Positions 51,620 to 63,344 of a stretch of DNA of 64,000 nt are shown piece after piece. A program made the position numbers and the translations under genes. Position 1 is the stretch's first letter, and the number at the start of each line of letters is the position of its first letter. Origin of the DNA: Laetmonice hystrix (Eukaryota); contig OZ249436.1 of NCBI GenBank assembly GCA_965235115.1, positions 43,712,001 to 43,776,000 of the forward strand, in the 5' to 3' direction. The notes under the pieces were generated by a model. That model saw only the letters and a list, made by a program, of their open reading frames with translations. It was not told where the DNA came from and searched no databases.

Positions 51620-51768
51620 CCCGAATGGAGGCGGTCCGGTAACAGGCGGGAATGACCCCACCGGACCACCACCACGGCCTCCACCGCCCCGCAGACGGAA
51701 GGCTCAGAGAGTTGAGAGTCAGCGGCAGGCTCGACTGAACAGTGCCATGCAACTCGTTTTAACCAAAG
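51620..51768 (+). CDS. PDZD2: PDZD2-like exon, Pro-rich linker and first strand of PDZ-c
   Basis: tactttcag|C CCG...AAA G|gtaacg; (S)PNGGGPVTGGNDPTGPPPRPPPPRRRKAQRVESQRQARLNSAMQLVLTK. Phase 2 in and phase 1 out bridge the neighbouring exons exactly. Confidence 0.9.
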
Positions 51769-52267
51769 GTAACGATTTTCAGCTGTCCGGGGGCTTGGGG
51801 TAGGCTTGGGGTGACACAACAGTTGTAGGGGCTCCCCAGACTTACAAAGGAAGAAACATGCTGAGCGCATACGTGTATGAGGTACGAACATGTGGCGTCA
51901 TTTGAGAGTCTGATGACGCAGGGAAATGAAACGCTGTGATTGGTGGGTTGTCATGACGTCATCTTGTGATTGTTGTGGTCCAGCGCACAGCTACAACTAG
52001 TTTGTCCTGTGCTAATTACAGAAATAATTTCAGATGTGAAAGGTTATAAACTCGAGAGGCCTTTAAAGAAACCGTTAAATACGATAAAAATCTGACCGTC
52101 TGAACGTATGACCTAAAGGTCGCGAAGTTTAAAAGAAAGACGAATATGTTCTTTTCCTGTCAAGAGACGGTACATTTTTTTCCTTAGATCATGTGTGTAG
52201 CCTTAATACAAGACAACATCCATGAAGTGTGATTTGTTGTCCTGATGGTTAGTGTTTATGTATGCAG

Positions 52268-52385
52268 CCCCTGGACGAGGTCTTGGTCTTGGAGTGGTGT
52301 GTTTGGAGATTGGTAATGGAGAGAAGGGTATCTTCATCGAGGACATGGCACCTTCCTCGCCAGCAGCCACTGATGGTAGACTCAG
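52268..52385 (+). CDS. PDZD2: PDZD2-like exon, middle of PDZ-c
   Basis: tatgcag|CC CCT...CTC AG|gtaggt; (A)PGRGLGLGVVCLEIGNGEKGIFIEDMAPSSPAATDGRL(S). The GLGLG..CL motif resembles the corresponding PDZD2 domain. Confidence 0.92.
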
Positions 52386-53047
52386 GTAGGTACAGAAGCC
52401 GATCAGATTATGTCTTTTCTAAAATTTGTCTTTTTATCGCTTCTTATAGATCTATTCGGCTGAAGTACCTGTAATGATATCTCGACATTAATGAGTTTGC
52501 CCTCAAAGAACTGAAGTACGTATGCGATCGATGTGATCCTCCACCATTTATCAGAACTTTAAGTTTAACTCCTATTTTTGGACGTATCCCAAAGCATTGC
52601 CATGTCTGCACGGCCCGTTGGATTGACCCTTGTCAATCATTGCTAACTGAGGATCTATTTGATATGTCATTATCAACCATGGCAACAGTTTTTTCGTCGA
52701 TAAACACCGCTACTTTTATTGAACTTCATGGAAGTTCATCTTTTCGACGCTGCAGGGATAGCAACAAAGGAACTGTGACAAAAACTGTACTTTTAACATC
52801 AAAGCCTTTTTGATAATTCCAAAGGCAATATTACGATGACTGATTATAATTTTTTGCTATGATTCCATTGATATTGTATTGAGAGGTCTGGATTTTCGCG
52901 CAGACTAATCGGTTAAATGCATCAATCATGGGTGTGCATGCTATGATTTTGTCATGCATGTGTTGCATGTTGCACCCAACTCTCTGGGTGCATTGGTTCG
53001 CACGTGAGTGCACTGAGTAACAAATGAGCATGTTTTTGTTTTCGTAG

Positions 53048-53180
53048 CTATGGTGACCAAATCCTCCAGGTAAACGAGCACAGTCTACAGAACATTTCGG
53101 CAGAGCAGGCTTTCAACATCTTTCGACACCTGCAACCTGGAACGATCAAGTTATATGTTACCAAGAACACTGCAGCTAAG
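53048..53180 (+). CDS. PDZD2: PDZD2-like exon, C-terminal half of PDZ-c
   Basis: tgttttcgtag|C TAT...AAG|gtgagt; YGDQILQVNEHSLQNISAEQAFNIFRHLQPGTIKLYVTKNTAAK. Confidence 0.93.
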
Positions 53181-53203
53181 GTGAGTGTGAAGAGTCGGAC
53201 AGT

Positions 53204-53645
53204 GCGGGTGTGGGTGTGGGTGTGGGGGTGTGGGTGGGGTGCGGGTGTGGGTGTGGGAGAGTTGAATGATTTCAAGGTGTCAGGGCCCACATTGAGTCCC
53301 TCATGGTCAGTGCCGTGTGTTGGAATCCCTCACCGGTAGAGGTGGGGGTGGAGTGGGGGTGTGGGTGTGGGTGTGGGTCTGGGAGAGTTGAATGATTTCA
53401 AGGTGTCAGGGCCCACATTGAGTCCCTCATGGTCAGTGCCGTGTGTTGGAATCCCTCACCGGTAGGGGTGGGGGTGTGGGTGTGGGTGTGGGTGTGGGTG
53501 TGGGTGTGGGTCTGGGTCTGGGTCTGGGTCTGGGTCTGGGAGAGTTGAATGATTTCAAGGTGTCAGTGCCCACATTGAGTCCCTCATGGTCAGTGCTGTG
53601 TGTTGGAATCCCTCACCGGTAGGGGTGGGGGTGGTGTGGGGGTGT
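53204..53645. repeat. 3 copies of an about 85-bp unit separated by (GGGTGT)n/(GGGTCT)n runs
   Basis: gggagagttgaatgatttcaagg...ccctcaccggta at about 53255, 53381 and 53538. Confidence 0.92.
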
Positions 53646-53810
53646 GATTCAGTGGTCTCAGGCTCTGGCGGCCGCTGACCACAGAGGACTTTCACCTCTC
53701 TGGGTTTGAATCCTCGCCTTGCCTAATGTAAGAAAGTTTACCAGGTCATCCCAAAGATTAAATGAAATCTACTTTACCTAGAGAATAGAATTGGACGTCC
53801 TAGCTTCGTT
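53641..53810 (+). mobile_element. Degenerate tRNA-derived SINE
   Basis: A-box-like ggtgtgattcagtgg, B-box-like ggtttgaatcc, then agaaagttt; collinear similarity to the 63.1-63.3 kb copy. Confidence 0.55.
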
Positions 53811-53863
53811 TGTCGAGGACGTTTTCTGTACGGTCATGGAATGATATTGTATAATACCACCAG

Positions 53864-54566
53864 GTGGACACACTGCCGCCACCCCCACCTCCGCCAGAAT
53901 TCGCTGAGCCTGGAGTCAGCAGTGAGGGTGACAGGAATCATCTCAGGAGTTCTACAACGGGAGAGTCGGAGATGGAGCGGCCGACCACCACCACCACCAC
54001 CACCACCAGGAACACCAGGACCACCACTGTTACCCCTAGTGACGGGTTGGTCGAGGTCCGGCGGAATAACCCGACCACCAAGGCGGTCCCGCCGCCGCCC
54101 TCAGCCCCGGCCCGGGCGGTGGCAGGGACACCGCCCGGAGCTCGGCGGGACCGGAGTGGTGACTCGCCCTCAGCCCCGGCCCGGACGGTGGCAGGGACAC
54201 CGCCCGGCGCTCGGCGGGACCGGAGTGGTGACTCGCCCTCAGCCCCGGCCCGGGCGGTGGCAGGGACACCGCCCGGAGCTCGGCGGGACCGGAGTGGTGA
54301 CTCGCCCTCAGCCCCGGCCCGGACGGTGGCAGGGACACCGCCCGGCGCTCGGCGGGACCGGAGTGGTGACTCGCCCTCAGCCCCGGCCCGGACGGTGGCA
54401 GGGACTCCGACACCACCCGGAGCTCGGCGGGACCGGAGTGGTGACCGGAGCGGGGCAAGCTCTGTGGATCTGTGGCGGGCTGGAGATAATGGGAGCGGTA
54501 GGAGTTACAGCATGGACAGTCTGAGTACGCTGGGTACCTACGAGACGGACGACGACTTCACCTCAG
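53864..54566 (+). CDS. PDZD2: PDZD2-like exon, disordered Pro/Thr-rich region with a coding 69-bp repeat
   Basis: caccag|GTG GAC...TCA G|gtcagt. The phase-0 start matches the previous exon. VDTLPPPPPPPEF...YETDDDFTS, part of ORF 53864-54709. Confidence 0.85.
54098..54449 (+). repeat. Coding 69-bp (23-aa) repeat, 5 copies
   Basis: PSAPAR[A/T]VAGTPPGARRDRSGDS units inside exon 53864. Confidence 0.95.
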
Positions 54567-54911
54567 GTCAGTCACATTTAGAGTTTTCTATAATGACCAT
54601 GTTGGACCCCCATCCTCCAATTTTTCCCTCCCTCCATTTCGAAAATTATGGATCCAGCACTTTGGGAAAATGTTGGGGGAGAGTTCAGAATGGAGTTCAT
54701 AAAAACTGACAAAGGAGAGGGTTCAAGAGTGTTGATCAAGAATAGAAACTATCAATGAGAAAGATAAGTGACAAAGTGACGGGCGGAGTCCTGGGTCCTG
54801 CACCCGCCCCCGCCCTCTATTTGAGTCTTTGGTCTAAAGTTGAAATAAATACTCTGAATGTTTCAACTTTCTCGTCCCTCTTTTTGTTGAAACGTACAGT
54901 CTTTGAAGTCG

Positions 54912-57900
54912 GGTTCACTGGCTGGATTATTGTGAGGTTATGGGTCACGGAGAGAAACTCCAGTCGGTTCACTGGCCGGATTATTGCGAGGTTATGGGTC
55001 ACAGAGAGAAACTCCAGTCGGTTCACTGGCCGGATTATTGCGAGGTTATGGGTCACAGAGAGAAACTCCAGTCGGTTCACTGGCCGGATTATTGCGAGGT
55101 TATGGGTCACGGAGAGAAACTCCAATCGGTTCACTGGCCGGATTATTGCGAGGTTATGGGTCACAGAGAGAAACTCTGATCGGTTCACTGGCCGGATTAT
55201 TGCGAGGTTATGGGTCACAGAGAGAAACTCAAGTCGGTTCACTGGCCGGATTATTGTGAGGTTATGGGTCACAGAGAGAAACTCCAGTCGGTTCACTGGC
55301 CGGATTATTGTGAGGTTATGGGTCACAGAGAGAAACTCTGATCGGTTCACTGGCCGGATTATTGCGAGGTTATGGGTCACAGAGAGAAACTCTGATCGGT
55401 TCACTGGCCGGATTATTGCGAGGTTATGGGTCACAGAGAGAAACTCCAGTCGGTTCACTGGCCGGATTATTGTGAGGTTATGGGTCACAGAGAGAAACTC
55501 CAGTCGGTTCACTGGCCGGATTATTGCGAGGTTATGGGTCACGGAGAGAAACTCCAGTCGGTTCACTGGCCGGATTATTGCGAGATTATGGGTCACGGAG
55601 ACAAACTCCAGTCGGTTCACTGGCCGGATTATTGTGAGGTTATGGGTCACAGAGAGAAACTCCAGTCGGTTCACTGGTCGGATTATTGCGAGATTATGGG
55701 TCACGGAGAGAAACTCCAGTCGGTTCACTGGCCGGATTATTGCGAGGTTATGGGTCACAGAGAGAAACTCTGATCGGTTCACTGGCCGGATTATTGCGAG
55801 GTTATGGGTCACAGAGAGAAACTCCAGTCGGTTCACTGGTCGGATTATTGCGAGATTATGGGTCACGGAGAGAAACTCCAGTCGGTTCACTGGCCGGATT
55901 ATTGTGAGGTTATGGGTCACGGAGACAAACTCCAGTCGGTTCACTGGCCGGATTATTGTGAGGTTATGGGTCACAGAGAGAAACTCTGATCGGTTCACTG
56001 GCTGGATTATTGCGAGGTTATGGGTCACAGAGAGAAACTCTGATCGGTTCACTGGCCGGATTATTGTGAGGTTATGGGTCACAGAGAGAAACTCCAGTCG
56101 GTTCACTGGCCGGATTATTGCGAGATTATGGGTCACAGAGAGAAACTCTGATTGGTTCACTGGCCGGATTATTGCGAGGTTATGGGTCACAGAGAGAAAC
56201 TCTGATCGGTTCACTGGCCGGATTATTGCGAGGTTATGGGTCACAGAGAGAAACTCTGATCGGTTCACTGGCCGGATTATTGTGAGGTTATGGGTCACGG
56301 AGACAAACTCTGATCGGTCCACTGGCCGGATTATTGTGAGGTTATGGGTCACAGAGAGAAACTCTGATCGGTTCACTGGCCGGATTATTGTGAGGTTATG
56401 GGTCACAGAGAGAAACTCCAGTCGGTTCACTGGCCGGATTATTGCGAGGTTATGGGTCACGGAGAGAAACTCTGATCGGTTCACTGGCCGGATTATTGCG
56501 AGGTTATGGGTCACGGAGACAAACTCTGATCGGTTCACTGGCCGGATTATTGTGAGGTTATGGGTCACAGAGAGAAACTCTGATCGGTTCACTGGCCGGA
56601 TTATTGCGAGGTTATGGGTCACAGAGAGAAACTCCAGTCGGTTCACTGGCCGGATTATTGTGAGGTTATGGGTCACAGAGAGAAACTCCAGTCGGTTCAC
56701 TGGCCGGATTATTGTGAGGTTATGGGTCACAGAGAGAAACTCCAGTCGGTTCACTGGCCGGATTATTGTGAGGTTATGGGTCACAGAGAGAAACTCCAAT
56801 CGGTTCACTGGCCGGATTATTGCGAGGTTATGGGTCACAGAGAGAAACTCTGATCGGTTCACTGGTCGGATTATTGTGAGGTTATGGGTCACAGAGAGAA
56901 ACTCCAGTCGGTTCACTGGCCGGATTATTGCGAGGTTATGGGTCACAGAGAGAAACTCCAGTCGGTTCACTGGCCGGATTATTGTGAGGTTATGGGTCAC
57001 AGAGAGAAACTCCAGTCGGTTCACTGGCCGGATTATTGCGAGGTTATGGGTCACAGAGAGAAACTCCAGTCGGTTCACTGGCCGGATTATTGCGAGGTTA
57101 TGGGTCACAGAGAGAAACTCTGATCGGTTCACTGGCCGGATTATTGTGAGGTTATGGGTCACGGAGAGAAACTCTGATCGGTTCACTGGCCGGATTATTG
57201 CGAGGTTATGGGTCACGGAGAGAAACTCCAGTCGGTTCACTGGCCGGATTATTGCGAGGTTATGGGTCACAGAGAGAAACTCTGATCGGTTCACTGGCCG
57301 GATTATTGCGAGGTTATGGGTCACGGAGAGAAACTCCAGTCGGTTCACTGGCCGGATTATTGCGAGGTTATGGGTCACAGAGAGAAACTCTGATCGGTTC
57401 ACTGGCCGGATTATTGCGAGGTTATGGGTCACAGAGAGAAACTCTGATCGGTTCACTGGCCGGATTATTGTGAGGTTATGGGTCACAGAGAGAAACTCCA
57501 GTCGGTTCACTGGCCGGATTATTGTGAGGTTATGGGTCACAGAGAGAAACTCCAGTCGGTTCACTGGCCGGATTATTGCGAGGTTATGGGTCACAGAGAG
57601 AAACTCTGATCGGTTCACTGGCCGGATTATTGCGAGGTTATGGGTCACGGAGAGAAACTCTGATCGGTTCACTGGCCGGATTATTGTGAGGTTATGGGTC
57701 ACAGAGAGAAACTCTGATCGGTTCACTGGCCGGATTATTGTGAGGTTATGGGTCACAGAGAGAAACTCCAGTCGGTTCACTGGCCGGATTATTGTGAGGT
57801 TATGGGTCACAGAGAGAAACTCTGATCGATTCACTGGCCGGATTAATGTGAGGTTATGGGTCACAGAGAGAAACTCTGATCGGTTCACTGGCCGGATTAT

Positions 57901-58320
57901 TGTGAGGTTATGGGTCACAGAGAGAAACTCTGATCGGTTCACTGGCCGGATTATTGTGAGGTTATGGGTCACAGAGAGAAACTCCAGTCGGTTCACTGGC
58001 CGGATTATTGTGAGGTTATGGGTCACAGAGAGAAACTCCAGTCGGTTCACTGGCCGGATTATTGCGAGGTTATGGGTCACGGAGACAAACTCCAGTCGGT
58101 TCACTGGCCGGATTATTGCGAGGTTATGGGTCACGGAGACAAACTCCAGTCGGTTCACTGGCTGGATTATTGTGAGGTTATGGGTCACAGAGAGAAACTC
58201 TGATCGGTTCACTGGCCGGATTATTGCGAGGTTATGGGTCACGGAGACAAACTCCAGTTGGTTCACTGGCTGGATTATTGTGAGGTTATGGGTCACAGAG
58301 AGAAACTCTGATCGGTTCAC
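54912..58320. repeat. 54-bp minisatellite, about 63 copies
   Basis: ggttcactggccggattattgcgaggttatgggtcacagagagaaactccagtc. Confidence 0.98.
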
Positions 58321-58492
58321 GTTTTCATGTTGTGATGCAAACTTTTTCTATAATAGTTTAAAGTTGACGCGGGTCAGGTACTCAGTATGGGAGACTGACT
58401 TGTGTTGTTTGCTTCCACTACATGCGAGTAAAGTTTGTATTTTCTAAGTAAACTTAGTTCCTCCCCCCTTACATGTTAGGCCAGTGGCCCCG

Positions 58493-59434
58493 CCCCCCCC
58501 CCCCCGACACACACATCGTGGTTGCCGGTGATAGACCATGCCCCCCCCCCACACACACACACACTTTGTGGTTACCGGTGATAGACCCCTCCACACACAC
58601 ACACACACTTTGTGGTTGCCGGTGATAGCCCCCCCCCCACACACACACTTTGTGGTTGCCGGTGATAGCCCCCCCCACACACACACACACTTTGTGGTTG
58701 CCGGTGATAGCCCCCCCCCCACACACACACACACTTTGTGGTTGCCGGTGATAGACCCCCCCCCACACACACACACTTTGTGGTTGCCGGTGATAGACCC
58801 CCCCCCCCCCCCACACACACACCCACACTTTGTGGTTGCCGGTGATTTACCCCCCCCCCCCACACACACACCCACACTTTGCGGTTGCCGGTGATTTACC
58901 CCCCCCCCACACACACACACACTTTGCGGTTGCCGGTGATAGACCCCCCCACACACACACACACTTTGCGGTTGCCGGTGATAGACACCCCCCCCCACAC
59001 ACACACACTTTGCGGTTGCCGGTGATTAACCCCCCCCCCCCCCACCCACACACACACACTTTGTGGTTGCCGGTGATAGACCCCCCCACACACACACACT
59101 TTGTGGTTGCCGGTGATAGACACACCCCCCCCCACACACACACACACTTTGCGGTTGCCGGTGATAGACACCCCCCCACCCACCCACACACACTTTGTGG
59201 TTGCCGGTGATAGACCCCCCCCCACACACACACACTTTGTGGTTGCCGGTGATAGACCCCCCCCCCACCCACACACACACACTTTGTGGTTGCCGGTGAT
59301 AGACCCCCCCCCCCACACACACACCTTGTGGTTGCCGGTGATAGACCCCCCCCACACACACACACACCCTTTGCGGTTGCCGGTGATAGACCCCCCCCCA
59401 CACACACACACACTTTGTGGTTGCCGGTGATAGA
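58493..59434. repeat. Compound repeat: constant tttgtggttgccggtgataga plus variable (C)n(AC)n, about 22 copies
   Basis: Direct reading. Confidence 0.95.
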
Positions 59435-59889
59435 TGCGCCACCTTAACGATTGATCGAAACACGCCCCTGACTCCGTCACTCATCAAACACCAACCACAA
59501 TACCACACATTAGATCCGCGTCTCCCCGCCAGGTGTCAGGTCTGGTCTGCCTGACCCAGGGTCTCAGGGTATATGAAGAGTGAATGACAGTTATTAATCG
59601 TGAAAACAATGAGTCCATCGTACACGAGGTGGGTCAGGTTCATTCATACCTACCTCACACCTGGGTGACGTCATCCGGCCGCCGTCACGGTTCACTGACC
59701 ACCAAACTGGGTCAGTATCGATTGATTGGTTCTCGTGCCAGGAGATGGTCCAGTATGAGTAATACTACCAGAGTCAGTGCAGGTTTCCCAGCCAGACAAA
59801 TGATTGGACCCTGGCGCAGAGAATACTGGCGGTGAGTTCTCGCATGGATTTCATTCATTTACAGGAATTGGAGTTCATCCATGCCGTGC

Positions 59890-61216
59890 ACTGTACTTAC
59901 TGGAGTACGGACTGTCACTGACCCCGACTGGGAGGGTCCGAAGACTGTACTTACCGGAGTACGGACTGTCACTGACCCCGACTGGGATGGTCCGAAGACT
60001 GTACTTACTGGAGTACGGACTGTCACTGACCCCGACTGGGAGGGTCCGAAGACTGTACTTACTGGAGTACGGACTGTCACTGACCCCGACTGGGAGGGTC
60101 TGAAGACTGTACTTACTGGAGTACGGACTGTCACTGACCCCGACTGGGAGGGTCCGAAGACTGTACTTACTGGAGTACGGACTGTCACTGACCCCGACTG
60201 GGAGGGTCCGAAGACTGTACTTACTGGAGTACGGACTGTCACTGACCCCGACTGGGAGGGTCTGAAGACTGTACTTACTGGAGTACGGACTGTCACTGAC
60301 CCCGACTGGGAGGGTCTGAAGACGTACTTACTGGAGTACGGACTGTCACTGACCCCGACTGGGAGGGTCTGAAGACTGTACTTACTGGAGTACGGACTGT
60401 CACTGACCCCGACTGGGAGGGTCTGAAGACTGTACTTACCGGAGTACGGACTGTCGCTGACCCCGACTGGGAGGGTCTGAAGACTGTACTTACTGGAGTA
60501 CGGACTGTCACTGACCCCGACTGGGAGGGTCTGAAGACTGTACTTACTGGAGTACGGACTGTCACTGACCCCGACTGGGAGGGTCTGAAGACTGTACTTA
60601 CTGGAGTACGGACTGTCACTGACCCCGACTGGGAGGGTCTGAAGACTGTACTTACTGGAGTACGGACTGTCACTGACCCCGACTGGGAGGGTCTGAAGAC
60701 TGTACTTACTGGAGTACGGACTGTCACTGACCCCGACTGGGAGGGTCTGAAGACTGTACTTACTGGAGTACGGACTGTCACTGACCCCGACTGGGAGGGT
60801 CTGAAGACTGTACTTACTGGAGTACGGACTGTCACTGACCCCGACTGGGAGGGTCCGAAGACTGTACTTACTGGAGTACCGACTGTCACTGACCCCGACT
60901 GGGATGGTCTGAAGACTGTACTTACTGGAGTACGGACTGTCACTGACCCCGACTGGGATTGTCCGAAGACTGTACTTACTGGACCCCGACTGGGAGGGTC
61001 TGAAGACTGTACTTACTGGAGTACGGACTGTCGCTGACCCCGACTGGGAGGGTCTGAAGACTGTACTTACCGGAGTACGGACTGTCGCTGACCCCGACTG
61101 GGAGGGTCTGAAGACTGTACTTACTGGAGTACGGACTGTCACTGACCCCGACTGGGAGGGTCTGAAGACTGTACTTACTGGAGTACGGACTGTCACTGAC
61201 CCCGACTGGGAGGGTC
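59890..61216. repeat. 54-bp minisatellite, about 25 copies
   Basis: ctgtacttactggagtacggactgtcactgaccccgactgggagggtctgaaga. Confidence 0.97.
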
Positions 61217-61219
61217 GAT

Positions 61220-61651
61220 TTGGGGTGAAGACTTAGGGTGAAGACTGGGTGGAGATGTGAGGTAGATCTTGGGGTGAAGACTGGGTGGAGATGTGAGGTA
61301 GATCTTGGGGTGAAGACTGGGTGGAGATGTGAGGTAGATCTTGGGGTGAAGACTGGGTGGAGATGTGAGGTAGATCTTGGGGTGAAGACTGGGTGGAGAT
61401 GTGAGGTAGATCTTGGGGTGAGACTGGGTGGAGATGTGAGGTAGATCTTGGGGTGAGACTGGGTGGAGATGTGAGGTAGATCTTGGGGTGAAGACTGGGT
61501 GGAGATGTGAGGTAGATCTTGGGGTGAAGACTGGGTGGAGATGTGAGGTAGATCTTGGGGTGAAGACTGGGTGGAGATGTGAGGTAGATCTTGGGGTGAA
61601 GACTGGGTGGAGATATGAGGTATATCTTGGGGTGAAGACTGGGTGGAGATG
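61220..61651. repeat. 36-bp minisatellite, about 12 copies
   Basis: gggtgaagactgggtggagatgtgaggtagatcttg. Confidence 0.96.
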
Positions 61652-62064
61652 GAGGGAGGGTTGGAGACGGGTAGGGGATGGTGAGTGTGAGGTTGAAAAC
61701 ACCAACCCCATACAACCCAGGTCACTTGACAGTCGACTTCTGTAGGGGTTTTGTAGAATGCCGACTTCAGTATGACAGGAGATTTTAAAAATTTAATCCA
61801 GTTCTGAGAAAAGTCCTTGAACATTCCGATATGCAGGGATACAGATAAGTGTGTTGACTCTAAGATTGCCCTGTTTCAACACCAAAGTTCACAAACAGAG
61901 TTGTTTATTTTTGTTTAGTTTTTTCTCCTCATTTATTTTGACAACACACATGTGAGATCTAGCCAACAGTGAACAAGTCAGGTGTTGTGTGGGAGGGCCC
62001 ATTCCTGTAAACTATACATGTATTCAGCATGCAGAACTATTTATCATCCATGCTTTGTCACCAG

Positions 62065-62141
62065 TAGAGACATTCGTGCATTATAATGAGGGCCTCGGCC
62101 TGCTGTTGTGGTGTGGATTAGGTCAGCACTGCCGAGGGTCG
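62065..62141 (+). CDS. Candidate downstream exon overlapping the first unit of the 64-bp array
   Basis: ctttgtcaccag|TA GAG...TCG|gtaagt. The only open frame, (V)ETFVHYNEGLGLLLWCGLGQHCRGS, is the one required by the phase-1 end at 54566. No homology support. Confidence 0.3.
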
Positions 62142-62917
62142 GTAAGTGTACGAGGCTCTCGGCCTGCTGCTGTGGTGTGGATTAGGTCAGCACTGCCGAG
62201 GGTCGGTAAGTGAAAGAGGCTCTCGGCCTGCTGCTGTGGTGTGGATTAGGTCAGCACTGCCGAGGGTCGGTAAGTGTACGAGGCTCTCGGCCTGCTGCTG
62301 TGGTGTGGATTAGGTCAGCACTGCCGAGGGTCGGTAAGTGTACGAGGCTCTCGGTCTGCTGCTGTGGTGTGGATTAGGTCAGCACTGCCGAGGGTCGGTA
62401 AGTGAAAGAGGCTCTCGGCCTGCTGCTGTGGTGTGGATTAGGTCAGCACTGCCGAGGGTCGGTAAGTGTACGAGGCTCTCGGTCTGCTGCTGTGGTGTGG
62501 ATTAGGTCAGCACTGCCGAGGGTCGGTAAGTGAAAGAGGCTCTCGGCCTGCTGCTGTGGTGTGGATTAGGTCAGCACTGCCGAGGGTCGGTAAGTGTACG
62601 AGGCTCTCGGTCTGCTGCTGTGGTGTGGATTAGGTCAGCACTGCCGAGGGTCGGTAAGTGTACGAGGCTCTCGGCCTGCTGCTGTGGTGTGGATTAGGTC
62701 AGCACTGCCGAGGGTCGGTAAGTGTACGAGGCTCTCGGTCTGCTGCTGTGGTGTGGATTAGGTCAGCACTGCCGAGGGTCGGTAAGTGACCGAGGCTATC
62801 GGCCTGCTGCTGTGGTGTGGATTAGGTCAGCACTGCCGAGGGTCGGTAAGTGAACGAGGCTCTCGGTCTGCTGCTGTGGTGTGGATTAGGTCAGCACTGC
62901 CGGGGGTCGGTAAGTGA
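62088..62917. repeat. 64-bp minisatellite, 13 copies, each containing G|GTAAGT
   Basis: gaggctctcggcctgctgctgtggtgtggattaggtcagcactgccgagggtcggtaagtgtac. Confidence 0.97.
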
Positions 62918-63094
62918 ATGCAACAACTTAATGTACTGTATATGTTCCGATTACTTATGGATAGGTCAGATTGAGAGTTCGAAGGAGGATTAAATACGCT
63001 GTTTTTTATTATGATTTTCCTCTAAATGTTAAAGCGTATAGTTGTGACACAGTTTTGTGAAAAAAACTTAGGATTTAGGCGTGTGGTTAGAACC

Positions 63095-63305
63095 GGGAGT
63101 TAACCCCTCAGAAACAGCCAGCTCGTATCGGGGCTGTCAGTTTGATTGATGGGGAACCGGCGTATACGGAGAAACCAGTGGGACCTGCAGCAACCAAATG
63201 ACAAACTTTCTCACCTGAAGCACAATGAGGGTTCGAACCCGGACATCAGAGGCCATGTGGTCAGTACCCGGAGGATTGGGAGCAGTGAACAAACTCCTCA
63301 ACCCC
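63095..63305 (-). mobile_element. tRNA-derived SINE with a conserved central (V/Meta-type-like) domain
   Basis: The minus strand has B-box gggttcgaaccc, then gtgagaaagtttgtca...tggtttctccg...ccggttcccc...aaactgacagccccgata, resembling invertebrate SINE cores. The family name is from memory. Confidence 0.65.
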
Positions 63306-63344
63306 CAGGTCGGCTCATGTTCCGTGTTCTCCTACAGTTGTGGG

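Noticed and set aside
54755..58447. 1230-aa (+) and 1167-aa (-) ORFs
   Set aside because: Products of a stop-free 54-bp intronic minisatellite that is open on both strands; no domain or splice support.
58493..59434. CRISPR-like repeat-spacer pattern
   Set aside because: The spacers are only (C)n(AC)n slippage variants; there are no cas genes and the context is a eukaryotic intron.
59520..59900. Acceptor-like sites near 59532, 59741 and 59865 as the next exon
   Set aside because: The required frame hits early stops or runs into a minisatellite without a convincing donor.
63220..63300. tRNA gene (ggttcgaaccc)
   Set aside because: No cloverleaf; the B-box is followed by a SINE-like core, so it was called a SINE.
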